Notes: a model not told the origin generated them from the letters alone. A DNA stretch of 64,000 bases from Chthoniobacteraceae bacterium (GCA_031409335.1 JANNWY010000002.1:1-64000); one strand, 5' to 3'; positions 28,013-38,434 are shown, counted from the stretch's first letter. Numbers and translations: made by a program.

Positions 28013-29359
28013 TTAGATCAGTTCTTTCATCGGCGACCAGCCATCGACGAGATACTGCGGGCGGCCGGAGAGGTCGGGGAGCGTGACGGTCGCAAGATCG
28101 ATGCCGAGCCAATGATACAGTGTCGCGAAGACTTCGCCGAAATGCACGGGGCGATCCGTCGGCTCGCCGCCGAGGCGGTCGGTCGCGCCGATGACCTGGC
28201 CGGTCTTGAATCCGCCGCCCGCGAGCACGCCGCAACCGACGCGTGGCCAGTGATCGCGGCCCGCGTCCTTGTTGATCTGCGGCGTGCGCCCGAACTCGCC
28301 CCACGCGACGACGGCGACATCCTTGTCGAGCCCGCGCGCGTGCAAATCCTCGACGAGCGCGCTGAGTCCCTGATCGAAAAGCGGCAGGTGCGTGAGCAAC
28401 TCGGAGTGGTTGTTCGAATGGAAATCCCAGCGCCCGAAATTCATCGTGACGCAACGCGCGCCAGCCTCGACGAGCCGCCGCGCAACGAGGAAGTGCTCGT
28501 TGTTTCGCGGAGCTCCGTCGCCGTAGTTTTTCGTGTCGCCCTTGCCGTAACGCTCACGCGTCTTCGCGTCCTCCTTCGAAATGTCGAGCGCCTCCACGAG
28601 CTTGCTCGAAGTGAGCACGCCGAACGCCTGTTGATTGAACGCATCAAGCCCGTCCATCAGCCCGCTCGCGTCCGCCTCGCGGCGAAATTTATCGAAGCTG
28701 GTGAGCAACGCGCGCCGATCCGCGAGCCGGTCGCTCGTGATGCCATTGAGCGTTAGATCGCCCATGCCCGAGCCGTTCGGACGAAACGCCGCGTGCGCCG
28801 GTCCGAGAAACCCCGGATGCCCCGGCGAGCCGTAGGGCGGATGCCCCGCATTTGGCGCGAGCCCGACAAAGGGCGGCATCTCTTTCGCCGGCCCCGCGAG
28901 CAGTTTTGAAATCGCCGAGCCCATCGAAGGCCACCCGCCCGGCGGCTTGATCGCTCCCTGCGCCGTGCGCCCCGTGTAGCAGACATGCGAATCGTGATCG
29001 CCCGTCAGCGAGCCGTAGAGCGAACGGATGGGCACGAGCTTGTCCATGATCTGCGCGCAATGCGGCATGTGCTCGGAAATCTGGATGCCCGCGACATTCG
29101 TCCCGATCGGCTTGAACGGCCCGCGATATTCCAGCGGAGCATCCATCTTCAAATCGAAGATGTCCTGATGCGGCGGCGCCCCCGCCATATAGATCATGAT
29201 GACCGACTTCGGCGAACGCCGCACCCCCGACTCCGCCTCCGCCCGCAATATCTGCGGCAACGAAAGCCCGCCCATCGCGAGCCCGCCGATGCGCAGGAAA
29301 TCGCGACGCGAAAGGCCGTCGCAGAAGCGTCCGTGGTTGTTGCCGAAAATCGAAAGCAT
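28013..29359 (-). CDS. DUF1501 domain protein (Tat-type signal)
   Basis: FCDGLSRRDFL, ARRLVEAG, WDFH, GEFGRTPQIN...GRDHW. Confidence 0.9.
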   Translation of the reverse strand: MLSIFGNNHGRFCDGLSRRDFLRIGGLAMGGLSLPQILRAEAESGVRRSPKSVIMIYMAGAPPHQDIFDLKMDAPLEYRGPFKPIGTNVAGIQISEHMPHCAQIMDKLVPIRSLYGSLTGDHDSHVCYTGRTAQGAIKPPGGWPSMGSAISKLLAGPAKEMPPFVGLAPNAGHPPYGSPGHPGFLGPAHAAFRPNGSGMGDLTLNGITSDRLADRRALLTSFDKFRREADASGLMDGLDAFNQQAFGVLTSSKLVEALDISKEDAKTRERYGKGDTKNYGDGAPRNNEHFLVARRLVEAGARCVTMNFGRWDFHSNNHSELLTHLPLFDQGLSALVEDLHARGLDKDVAVVAWGEFGRTPQINKDAGRDHWPRVGCGVLAGGGFKTGQVIGATDRLGGEPTDRPVHFGEVFATLYHWLGIDLATVTLPDLSGRPQYLVDGWSPMKELI

Positions 29360-29533
29360 GTCGTGGTCGGTGCAATGCGGGTTGAGCTGCGAAAATAGCA
29401 CGCGTCGCGCCCCGCAATTGACACCGGTAAAGACCGGAGGCTCTGGGCTTTCTTAGTGGTCGGCGTATTTCCACCGAAAATCTGGAATCTTCGCGCGCGG
29501 TGATGTGAACTTACGTTTTCCATCCCCATCACC

Positions 29534-31240
29534 ATGAATCCCCTGCTCCTTCTCCTCGTCCCCCTTGGGCTGCTTCCAACGCTTTCCGCGTTCGCCGCGC
29601 CGACCCGTCCAAACATCATCGTCATTCTCGCCGACGATCTCGGCTACTCGGAACTCGGCTGCTACGGGCAGGAGAAAATCAAGACGCCAAACCTCGATCG
29701 CATGGCGGCGGAGGGTCAGCGGTGGACGCAATTTTATTCCGGCGCGCCCGTGTGTTCGCCGTCGCGAAACGTGCTGCTCACCGGTCGCCACACCGGCGGT
29801 TGCAACGTGCAGGATCTCAAACGCGTGAATCCCAAAGAAAACGTGGACGGCCTGGGCGGTGACTGGCCGATGGATGCGCGGCAATACACGATGCACATGG
29901 CGCTGAAGAAAATCGGCTACACCACTTCCGCCTTCGGCAAATGGGGCATGGGCGAATACGGCACGACTGGTGCGCCCGATCAAAAGGGCGTCGATTATTT
30001 TTACGGCTACACGGATCACCGCATCTGCCACACGTTTTACCCGCCATTCCTCTGGCGAAATGGCGTGAAGGATGTGATCAACGATCCCGGCATTCCCGGT
30101 CACGCAAAGCAACCCAATGGCGAGGTGAACGACGCGACTTACACGGGACAAAAACACGCTTCGGTCGCGGTGATCGATGAGGCGCTGAAGTGGCTGGAAA
30201 AGCAGGCTGCGACAGCAAAGGCGGGCGAGCCGTTCTTTATGTACTACTGCCCGCTGGAGGCGCACGTCGCCATGCAGCCGCCGCGGGAGTGGGTGGAAAA
30301 ATACCCGCGCGAGTGGGACGCCGCGCCGTATCGCGGCGAAAAAGGTTATCTCCCGCACTCGCGTCCGCGCGCCGCGTACGCCGCGACGATTTCCTTCCTC
30401 GACGATCACGTCGGCAGGATTCTCGCGAAGCTCAAGGAGAACGGTCTCGATGAAAACACGCTCGTCATTTTCACCTCCGACAATGGCACCACGCACGACG
30501 CTGGCGGCGTCGATCATGGGTTTTTCAATTCCGTCGCGAACCTGCGCGGATTAAAGGGCTCGGTGTTTGAAGGCGGGCTGCGCGTGCCGGCGATCGTGCG
30601 CTGGCCGGGCCAGGTGGCCGCGGGAAAGGTGATCGCACAGCCCGGCTACTCCGCCGATCTCATGCCCACGCTTTGCGCGCTGACGGGTGCCGATGCGGGA
30701 AAGCCGTACGGCGAAAACCTGCTGCCCATCCTGCTCGGCGAGGCAGACACCCTCGCCTCGCGCAAGCCGCTCGTGTGGACCGGCGGCGGCTACGGCGGAC
30801 AAGTCGCCGTGCGTCTCGGCGACATGAAGGCGATCCGCCGCGATTTTTTCAAAACGAAGCCGCTCAATTGGGAAGTCTATGATCTCGCGAAAGATCGTGG
30901 TGAAACCGCCGACCTCGCTGCCACACGCCGCGACGTAATCGACTCCGCGCTCGCGGTGCTGAAAAACGAATACACCCGCGCGGACGGCTACCGCGAAATG
31001 GCGATCTTCGAGCCGGAAACGACCGGCGCGGAAAAGCCTGCGGAACCACCGGCGTGGGAAGGCATCTTCAAGCAGCTCGATGCGAGTGCCGACGGAAAAC
31101 TGAGCTTCGCTGAGTGGGAAAAAAGTCCGCGCGCGCTCTCGAATCCCGGCAAACTGGAAAGCATTTTTGCGACGCTGGACAAGGACGGCGACAAATCCAT
31201 CTCGCGCGAGGAATTCGCCGCGCAGTGGAAAAACAAATAG
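29534..31240 (+). CDS. Arylsulfatase-family protein with C-terminal EF-hand pair
   Basis: PNIIVILADDLG, CSPSRNVLLTG (Cys-type sulfatase motif), FTSDNG; EF loops DASADGKLSFAE and DKDGDKSISREE. Confidence 0.92.
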   Translation: MNPLLLLLVPLGLLPTLSAFAAPTRPNIIVILADDLGYSELGCYGQEKIKTPNLDRMAAEGQRWTQFYSGAPVCSPSRNVLLTGRHTGGCNVQDLKRVNPKENVDGLGGDWPMDARQYTMHMALKKIGYTTSAFGKWGMGEYGTTGAPDQKGVDYFYGYTDHRICHTFYPPFLWRNGVKDVINDPGIPGHAKQPNGEVNDATYTGQKHASVAVIDEALKWLEKQAATAKAGEPFFMYYCPLEAHVAMQPPREWVEKYPREWDAAPYRGEKGYLPHSRPRAAYAATISFLDDHVGRILAKLKENGLDENTLVIFTSDNGTTHDAGGVDHGFFNSVANLRGLKGSVFEGGLRVPAIVRWPGQVAAGKVIAQPGYSADLMPTLCALTGADAGKPYGENLLPILLGEADTLASRKPLVWTGGGYGGQVAVRLGDMKAIRRDFFKTKPLNWEVYDLAKDRGETADLAATRRDVIDSALAVLKNEYTRADGYREMAIFEPETTGAEKPAEPPAWEGIFKQLDASADGKLSFAEWEKSPRALSNPGKLESIFATLDKDGDKSISREEFAAQWKNK

Positions 31241-31266
31241 CCGCTGCACGCTCAAAGGAGATCCCC

Positions 31267-34200
31267 ATGAAAACCGTCCGCCTCTTCCGCCCGTGGTTCC
31301 TCGTCTGTTTGTCGCTGCTGCTTTCATCGCGATCGTGGGCCGCGCCGGAGGTCGAGCTGATGTTCGATGGCGATCAAATCGCGCCGTCCACCACGCTCGA
31401 ATTCCGCTTCGCGCGCGACATGATCGCGAAGGACGAACTCGGCGTGCCGGCAAAGCAATCGCCGGTCATTTTCCAGCCCGCGCTCGCGGGAAACTTTACG
31501 TGGCTGAGTCGGCGCAGCGGCGTGTTCGTGCCTTCCGAAACTCCGCCGATGGGGACCACCTTTTCCGTGGTGATGCAGCCCGGATTGAAAGACAGCAGCG
31601 GCAAACCGATCGGCGCAAAGTGGCGCGAAACGCTGAAGACGCCGCCCTTCGCGATCACGACGACGGACACGAATATCGGCGAAGATTCCCCCGCTCCGCC
31701 GCTGCCCGCGGTGAAGATCGCCTTCAATCGCGACGTGAAACTCGACGGTGCGGACAAACTCATCCGCTTCGTCGATGACGCCGGGAAAACCATCGCCGCG
31801 GCGGTGCGCCATGCGGTGCCCGCCGACTACTTCCGCATCACCGCCGAGCAAGACGATTGGGACCGCCGCTGGCAACTCGCCCGCGATCCCGCGAAGGCCG
31901 CGACGGACGCGGATTCCGACGAGGAAGACGAGGACGGCAATCCGCGCGACGCGACGCCGCAGCGCAATCGTTTCATCGCCACCCCAGTCTCGCCGCTGCT
32001 CCCCGGCGGCGTGTGGCGGATTGAGGTGAAAGCGGGCATCGCGGCGTTGAATGGCGACCATCGAATCAACGGATCGAGCGTCATTCCGCTCGGTCGCGTG
32101 CTGCCGTTCGCGCTGAAATCGCTCGTGACTTCGAGCTACCTCAACACGGGGCGCAGCGTCGCGATTTCGTTCACGCACGATCTCGCGCCGGACATTGATG
32201 AAGAGTCCGCGGCGAAGTTTTTCAAGATCGCACCCGAGGTGAAAAATCTGCGTTTCGAGCCCGCCTCCGATCAGATCACGCTGCGCGGAGATTTCGCGCG
32301 CGGCGTGGAATACCGCGTGGATTTCGAGCCCGCGCTCATCGCCGATTCCGGGCTGCCACTTTCGGGCGAACGCTCGCGCGCGCTCACCTTCGATCCGGTA
32401 AAGCCGCGCATCTATCTGCCAGCGATCACGGGCCACCAAAGCGCGAATGGAATGCGAAACTTTCTCGCGCAATCGGTGAATCTGAAATCGCTGCGAATCA
32501 TCGCGCGTGCGGTGCCGCCGGAAAAAACTGCGCAGGCCGTGGCCGCGTTTGAAAAGTACGCGAAGGAATACATCGACAACGACCCGGAGCCCGATGAGCG
32601 CTACCGCGCGATCCCGGCAGATTTGATCGAAGGAAAAGTGATCGCCGATCGCGTGATCCCGCTCGCCGATCCGCAGCTCGATGCGAAGCAGGAAACCACG
32701 CTTGATTGGACGGAAACCCTCGGCGCAAAAACCGCGGGCGCGATTCATCTCACCGTCGAAGGCGAGCCGCTGGAAACCATCGGCGGAAGGAAACCGGCAG
32801 CGCAGTCGCTAGTGCAGGTGACGGACCTTGGCGTGCTTTGGAAAAAGCTCGCGGATCGTGTCGCCGTCAGCGTTTTCTCGATGGCCACTGGCCAGCCCGT
32901 CGCAGCCGCGCGCGTCGCGATGCTCGACAAAACTTTCGCCGGAACCGCAATGGCGATCACCGACGCGGATGGCGCGGCCTTGGTCGATTTCGGCACCGAC
33001 CCCGCGTGGCTGCTCGTGAGCCGGGGCGCGGATCATTTTGCGCTGAAAATGGGCGACTACTCGAAGGAACTTCCGATGAGCGCGTTCCGCTTGCCGGTCA
33101 GCTACGATGGCTGGGAAAAAGCCGACAACGCCACGCCGGAATCGCGCGCCATCCTCTTCACCGACCGACCGCTTTACCGCCCCGGCGAGACCGTGCGTAT
33201 CAAGGGAATAGTGCGGAGTTTCGGAGAAAAGGGCCTCGCCTCACCGACCGTCCAGCCAGGCACGCTCACGCTTTTTCCGCCGCACGGAGGCGGCGAAACG
33301 AAGCTCGAAATCCGCCTCGATGAGCGCGGCGCATTCGACGCGCAAATGCCGCTCGCCTCCAGCGAAACAGGCCGCTACGGCCTGCGTCTGAGTTTCCCCG
33401 GTGCCGATCGTTATTCGCGCTACAGCGGTTTTCAGGTCGCGGATTTTCAGCCAAACGCCTTCGAGTTGGACGTGAAACTTCCCGACCGTTTCGCGCCCGA
33501 TGCGGAGGTCGCCGCGGAAGTTTCGGGCCGCTACTTTTTCGGATCGAATCTCGGAAAATCGAAAGTGCGCTGGACGCTGCAATACGCGCCGACGACGACT
33601 TCGCCGGAAGGTTTCGGCGCGTTCACTTTTGGCGCGGAGATGGATGAACGAAAGACACTCACGCTGACCGGCGAGGGCGCGTTGTCCGATGCGGGAACGC
33701 TGACGATTCACCCAAAACTTCCCGCCATCAGCGAGCGTGCCTATCGCGGCGTGTTCACGATCGACGTGACGGATGTGAACCAGCAGACCGTCACGGAAAC
33801 GCGCCCGTTCACGCGGAATGCGGCGGATTTTTACGTCGGCCTCGAATCGCCGATGGAAAGCGTCGTCGGGCAAAAGCAGGACATCGTCGCGCGCGCCGTC
33901 GCGGTGAAGCCGGACGGCCAGCCAGTCGCCGAGCCCGTCGCGGTGAAAACGCAACTCGTGAGCATCCGCTACGAAACCGTGCGCGCGCAGGGCGCGGGAA
34001 ACGCAGTGACTTTCCACACAAACAAAATCGAGAAGATCATCGCCACCGCCGAAGGAAAAACGCTCGTGCCAGTTCGCGATGGCACCGACTGGAAATTGCC
34101 GCCCGGCGAAAGCGCCCGCTTCAACCCCGGCAAGGCCGGGGCGTATCTGCTGCGCACCACGGCGCGCGATGCGAAGGGCCGCGAAACCGTTGCGTCGTTC

Positions 34201-36915
34201 AACTTCAACGTCGCGGGCAACGAAGCGATCACGTGGGATTATCGCAATCCCGCGCAGGTCGATCTCGTGCCGGACAAGACGGAATACCGCGTCGGCGAAA
34301 AGGCGCGCATCCTTGTAAAGACGCCGATCTCCGGCGAGGCGCAGGTGAACGTCGAGCGCGGCTCGCGCATCCTGCGCAGCCAGCGCGTGAAGCTGGAAGG
34401 CAACGCGCCGACCATCGAAATCCCGATCGAAGCGGGCGACGGGCCAAACGTTTTTGTGTCGCTCGTCATCATCCGCGGTACGGAGCAGAGCACGCGAAGA
34501 ATCAAAGCGCCGGATTACCGCTACGGACTTTGCCAGCTCCACATCGGCGATCCCGCGACCGTCCTGAAAGTCGAGGTGACTCCGAAAACGGAAACCGTGC
34601 AGCCCGGCGAAGAAGTCGTGACCGAAGTACGCGTGCGCACTGGAAATGGTGCCGCCGTCGCGGATGCGGAAGTCGCCTTCTTCGCGGTGGACGATGGCGT
34701 CCTCGCGATCACCGGCTACGATCGTCCCGACCCGCATCCGATCTTCCACGCGCCGATCTTCCTCGCGATTCGAACCGGACTTTCGCTCTACGAATTGCTT
34801 CCCGAAGATCCCGCCGACCTTGAGTTTTCCAACAAAGGTTACCTCATCGGCGGCGGCGGCAGCGAAGGTCCGGGCGCAAAATTGCGCAGCGATTTCCCCG
34901 GCACAGCCGTGTGGCTTCCGACGTTGCGCACCGACGGCGAGGGCCGGGTGACCGTGCGCTTCAAGGCACCGGACGCGCTCACGCGCTACCGGCTCGTCGC
35001 GGTCGCGCACGCGGGTGCGGACCAGTTTGGCTCGGGCGAATCCGCGTTCACGATTCGCAAAAAACTCATGATCCTTTCCGCGCTCGGGCAGATCGCGAAT
35101 GTCGGGGACGAAATCATTGCGCGCGCGGTCTTGCGCAACGAAAGCGGCACGAATGGCTCCGCCGCGATCGCACTCGAACTCGACGCCACCGCCGAAGCGG
35201 CGAACGGCGCGCTCACCGCGAAATTCGATTTGAAAAGCGGTGAATCGCGCACCGTCGATTTTCCCGTGAAACTGCGCGCCGTCGGCGATGCCGGCTGGAA
35301 ATGGACCGCGCATCTCGAAGGCGGCGGCCAGACTTTCGACGACGCGGTAGCCGCTCCGCTGAAAGTCGGGCATCCCTCGCCAATCCTGCGTGAGACTTAT
35401 CTTGCCGACCTCGCGGGCGCATCGTCGGATCTACTCGCGGGCGTGAATCCGCAAGTGCTCGAAGGCGACGGCGCGGTCCGCGTCACGCTCTCGAACACGC
35501 GCCTCGCATCGCTCCGCGAAACCGCGAGCGCGCTGCTCGAATATCCGTATGGCTGCGCCGAGCAGACCATTTCTTCGATGATCCCGTGGATCACTTTCAA
35601 CGAACTCGGCCCGGTGATGCCGGACCTCGCGAAGACCAAAGAGGATACGCAACAGGCGATCCGCGCTGGCGTGGAAAAAATCTTCGCGCTGCAAACCGAC
35701 TCTGGTGGGCTCGCTTACTGGCCGGGCGGGTATCGCGCCGGCTTTTTCCAAAGCGCCTACGCCGCGCTCGCGCTCGGGCTGCTCGAAAAGCAGGGTGAAA
35801 CACTGCCGCCCGGCTGGCCAAAGTTGCTTGCGTATTTGAGCGAGGAACTGCGTGGGATCGGCGATCGCAATGCGCGCTTCAATCCCGGCGACGCGGCGCT
35901 CGCCGTGTATGCGCTCGCGACCGCGGGCAAGGCGGAGCCCGCGTATCACGAGCAACTTTACGCGCGGCGCGCCGAGCTATCGCTCGAGTCCCGCGCGCTG
36001 CTCGCGGCGGCGATTATGGAAGCGGGCGGTCCGGCGAAAATGATCGGCACTTTGCTCGATCCGCGTGTCGCGGCGGTGGAGAATTTTTCGTGGTTCGGCG
36101 GAGCCAGCCGCGAGCGCGCCACGCGACTGCTGGCGTGGACGCGCTTCAAACCCGGCGACCGCGAAGTGGGCCGGCTCGTGAAGGAATTGCTCGCCGCGCG
36201 CGTGAACGGCAAGTGGCGCACGACGCAGGAAAACGCGTGGGCCATGCTCGCGCTGTCGCGCTATTTCACCGCAGTCGAGGGTGGAGTGAAACCGGTCGAT
36301 GGCTCGCTCGTGAAAGCGGGAATCGAAGCGCCGTTCGCGCTGACGACGAAAGATCTCACGAAGACCGTGAAGTTTGCCTACGACGCCGCGCGTCCGCTTG
36401 GCGAACTTGCGGTGAAGAACCCGCAAAAAGGCGCGCTTTATGGAGAAGCGAATTTTGTCGCGCGCCCGCCCGTCGCCGCGCAGCCGCGACAGGATCGCGG
36501 CTACGCCGTTTCGCGCAGCTACCAAAAAATCGCGGGTGACGGCACGCTTCAGCCTGCGACCGATTTGCAAGTCGGCGACCGCGTGCTCGTGACGCTGCGG
36601 CTCGAGACACCGCAGCCCGGCCACTTCGTCGCGATCGATGATCCCCTGCCCGCGATTCTCGAAGCGATCAATCCTGAGTTCCGCACGCAAGGCGGCGACG
36701 GTGGAGAAGAATTCACCCGGGCCGACTACCGCGAAATCCGCGCGGATCGCGTCCTGTATTTTTGCGATCACCTGCCCGCTGGCGCGTTCACATTCCGCTA
36801 CCTGGCGCGAGTCCGTAGCGCCGGAACCGTGACCGCGCCTTCCACGAAAGTGGAAGAAATGTACCGCCCCGAACGCTTCGGCCTCGGTGCCAGTGCGAAG
36901 ATCGAGAGTAAGTAG
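31267..36915 (+). CDS. Bacterial alpha-2-macroglobulin family protein (YfhM-like)
   Basis: FTDRPLYRPGETV, AVDDGVL, PDALTRYR, thioester YPYGCAEQ, WRTTQEN, EEMYRPE; SD AAGGAG upstream. Confidence 0.93.
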   Translation: MKTVRLFRPWFLVCLSLLLSSRSWAAPEVELMFDGDQIAPSTTLEFRFARDMIAKDELGVPAKQSPVIFQPALAGNFTWLSRRSGVFVPSETPPMGTTFSVVMQPGLKDSSGKPIGAKWRETLKTPPFAITTTDTNIGEDSPAPPLPAVKIAFNRDVKLDGADKLIRFVDDAGKTIAAAVRHAVPADYFRITAEQDDWDRRWQLARDPAKAATDADSDEEDEDGNPRDATPQRNRFIATPVSPLLPGGVWRIEVKAGIAALNGDHRINGSSVIPLGRVLPFALKSLVTSSYLNTGRSVAISFTHDLAPDIDEESAAKFFKIAPEVKNLRFEPASDQITLRGDFARGVEYRVDFEPALIADSGLPLSGERSRALTFDPVKPRIYLPAITGHQSANGMRNFLAQSVNLKSLRIIARAVPPEKTAQAVAAFEKYAKEYIDNDPEPDERYRAIPADLIEGKVIADRVIPLADPQLDAKQETTLDWTETLGAKTAGAIHLTVEGEPLETIGGRKPAAQSLVQVTDLGVLWKKLADRVAVSVFSMATGQPVAAARVAMLDKTFAGTAMAITDADGAALVDFGTDPAWLLVSRGADHFALKMGDYSKELPMSAFRLPVSYDGWEKADNATPESRAILFTDRPLYRPGETVRIKGIVRSFGEKGLASPTVQPGTLTLFPPHGGGETKLEIRLDERGAFDAQMPLASSETGRYGLRLSFPGADRYSRYSGFQVADFQPNAFELDVKLPDRFAPDAEVAAEVSGRYFFGSNLGKSKVRWTLQYAPTTTSPEGFGAFTFGAEMDERKTLTLTGEGALSDAGTLTIHPKLPAISERAYRGVFTIDVTDVNQQTVTETRPFTRNAADFYVGLESPMESVVGQKQDIVARAVAVKPDGQPVAEPVAVKTQLVSIRYETVRAQGAGNAVTFHTNKIEKIIATAEGKTLVPVRDGTDWKLPPGESARFNPGKAGAYLLRTTARDAKGRETVASFNFNVAGNEAITWDYRNPAQVDLVPDKTEYRVGEKARILVKTPISGEAQVNVERGSRILRSQRVKLEGNAPTIEIPIEAGDGPNVFVSLVIIRGTEQSTRRIKAPDYRYGLCQLHIGDPATVLKVEVTPKTETVQPGEEVVTEVRVRTGNGAAVADAEVAFFAVDDGVLAITGYDRPDPHPIFHAPIFLAIRTGLSLYELLPEDPADLEFSNKGYLIGGGGSEGPGAKLRSDFPGTAVWLPTLRTDGEGRVTVRFKAPDALTRYRLVAVAHAGADQFGSGESAFTIRKKLMILSALGQIANVGDEIIARAVLRNESGTNGSAAIALELDATAEAANGALTAKFDLKSGESRTVDFPVKLRAVGDAGWKWTAHLEGGGQTFDDAVAAPLKVGHPSPILRETYLADLAGASSDLLAGVNPQVLEGDGAVRVTLSNTRLASLRETASALLEYPYGCAEQTISSMIPWITFNELGPVMPDLAKTKEDTQQAIRAGVEKIFALQTDSGGLAYWPGGYRAGFFQSAYAALALGLLEKQGETLPPGWPKLLAYLSEELRGIGDRNARFNPGDAALAVYALATAGKAEPAYHEQLYARRAELSLESRALLAAAIMEAGGPAKMIGTLLDPRVAAVENFSWFGGASRERATRLLAWTRFKPGDREVGRLVKELLAARVNGKWRTTQENAWAMLALSRYFTAVEGGVKPVDGSLVKAGIEAPFALTTKDLTKTVKFAYDAARPLGELAVKNPQKGALYGEANFVARPPVAAQPRQDRGYAVSRSYQKIAGDGTLQPATDLQVGDRVLVTLRLETPQPGHFVAIDDPLPAILEAINPEFRTQGGDGGEEFTRADYREIRADRVLYFCDHLPAGAFTFRYLARVRSAGTVTAPSTKVEEMYRPERFGLGASAKIESK

Positions 36916-36950
36916 GACAATCGTCGAGGACGCGATCATCCCCGAGCGTT

Positions 36951-38213
36951 TCAGCCCGGCGCGAGCCCGGCGCATCGAAATCCAAGGCACCGTCCGCGCG
37001 CGTGTGAAGGGCGACCCCGCCGGTAGGATGACGCAGCGAGTTCCGCGGGGCCGATCCAGCTTCCGCCACGCTTGGCGCGAATGTCTGGGGATGGCAGTGG
37101 GATGGAATCGGGGCGGGCGCAAGCGTTGGCGCTGTATGAATCGGCGCACCAGTTCCAGACGTTGCCAGCCATGTGGAGCAGTCCGAATGGGGAGACGCCG
37201 AGCGTTGCGTGAACGTCCGCCAGCGGGAGCAGCCCGTCGTAGCGGGCGCGGGCGGTGTGCCGCGCGACGAGCGCGTGCGCGGAAGTGCAGGGTTCATTTC
37301 CCCACGGAAATTTCCGCCAGAGCGCGCCGCGCGCCGCGTATTCCCACTGCGCTTCGGTGGGCAAAAAACTGACATCCCCGTTTGCGAAATCGCCGCGCCA
37401 GTCCCCGCCGTTCGCCCACAGCGCATATGCCTGTGCGCCAAACCACGAGACGAGCACCATCGGCTGATGTTGAGTGTCTGGCTTCGGCTCCCAACAACCG
37501 CGTTTCGACTGCAACTGAAAATGCCGCCCGCGGCGATCATCCGTAGCTACGCCGCACCACTCGGCGCGCACAACTTCGGTGGGTGCGGTCGAGTTCAAAA
37601 AACGGGCGAATGCCGAGACGGACACGGGCTCCGCGTCGATGAGGAAACTAGGCATCGCCACGCGATGCGTCGGCAACTGGTCGGGCAGCGCATCGGGTGC
37701 GGACGAACCGATTTCCACTTCAGCGGCGGGAATGAGCACGCAGCGCATTCCGTCGGTGAGGCGGCGAAATTGCGCGAAGCCCTGCTCATTCGGCAGCATC
37801 GTTTCGTGCAACGATCCGGAGCAGTTGGGCGGTCCTTCGAGCGTCCCGCCGAGCTGGGTGAAAGGGATCGCGTGACGATTCGGCGGCGCTGGTTCGCGCG
37901 CACCCCACCAGCTCTTGCGCTCAGGGCGTCCGCTTCCCCAATGATGGGCGACGATCCGAGACAATTCGCGCAGCGTGACGGAGCCCGTGATGAAAGGTAG
38001 TCGGTGTGCGTCGTCGGGAATCGACACCGCAAATTCCTCCTCGATCGCCATGATCAGTTCAACCAAGTCCAAACTGTCGATGTGGAGATCCTCGATCAGC
38101 CGGCTTTCCGGGCGAAGCCTCGCCAACGGCAACCCCTGCTGCTCCACGACAATGTTGAAAAGCCGATGCTCAATTTCCCAAAGAGCCGGCGGATGGTTCC
38201 GCGAGGTGTTCAT
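36951..38213 (-). CDS. Acyl carrier protein domain fused to FGE-sulfatase (SUMF1-like) domain
   Basis: N-term DLHIDSLDLVELIMAIEEEF (phosphopantetheine site); C-term VSWFGAQAY, LPTEAQWEYAARG, FPWG, FGLLHMAGNVWNW, RGGSW, GFRC. Start could be 38243. Confidence 0.85.
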   Translation of the reverse strand: MNTSRNHPPALWEIEHRLFNIVVEQQGLPLARLRPESRLIEDLHIDSLDLVELIMAIEEEFAVSIPDDAHRLPFITGSVTLRELSRIVAHHWGSGRPERKSWWGAREPAPPNRHAIPFTQLGGTLEGPPNCSGSLHETMLPNEQGFAQFRRLTDGMRCVLIPAAEVEIGSSAPDALPDQLPTHRVAMPSFLIDAEPVSVSAFARFLNSTAPTEVVRAEWCGVATDDRRGRHFQLQSKRGCWEPKPDTQHQPMVLVSWFGAQAYALWANGGDWRGDFANGDVSFLPTEAQWEYAARGALWRKFPWGNEPCTSAHALVARHTARARYDGLLPLADVHATLGVSPFGLLHMAGNVWNWCADSYSANACARPDSIPLPSPDIRAKRGGSWIGPAELAASSYRRGRPSHARGRCLGFRCAGLAPG

Positions 38214-38267
38214 CTTGCTAAAGAGCATCGGCAATTTGCCCATGTCGATCAATTGCGCGTGGCGGTG

Positions 38268-38434
38268 TCCGGGGAGCGCGCGCGTCTCGCGTGCTGGTTT
38301 TGGCGTCCCGCCGAAACGAACTTTCCTTGCCGCGTCGCGATGGAACTCGTGAACCATCTCGCAAACGATGCGCGAAGAAAGTCCGTCTCCGCGAGACGCG
38401 GAGACCAGCACGCGGGACGCGCGCGCTCCCCGGA
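38268..38434. repeat. Palindromic element, family B copy 1
   Basis: TCCGGGGAGCGCGCGCGTCTCGCGTGCTGGT / ACCAGCACGCGGGACGCGCGCGCTCCCCGGA terminal inverted repeats; shares CGTCCCGCCGAAACGAACTTT with 45599-45720. Confidence 0.85.

Noticed and set aside
36951..37800. FGE-fold domain as the activator of the nearby sulfatase, or as a DGR target
   Set aside because: Catalytic cysteines are absent after RGGSW; no reverse transcriptase or template repeat is seen in the window.
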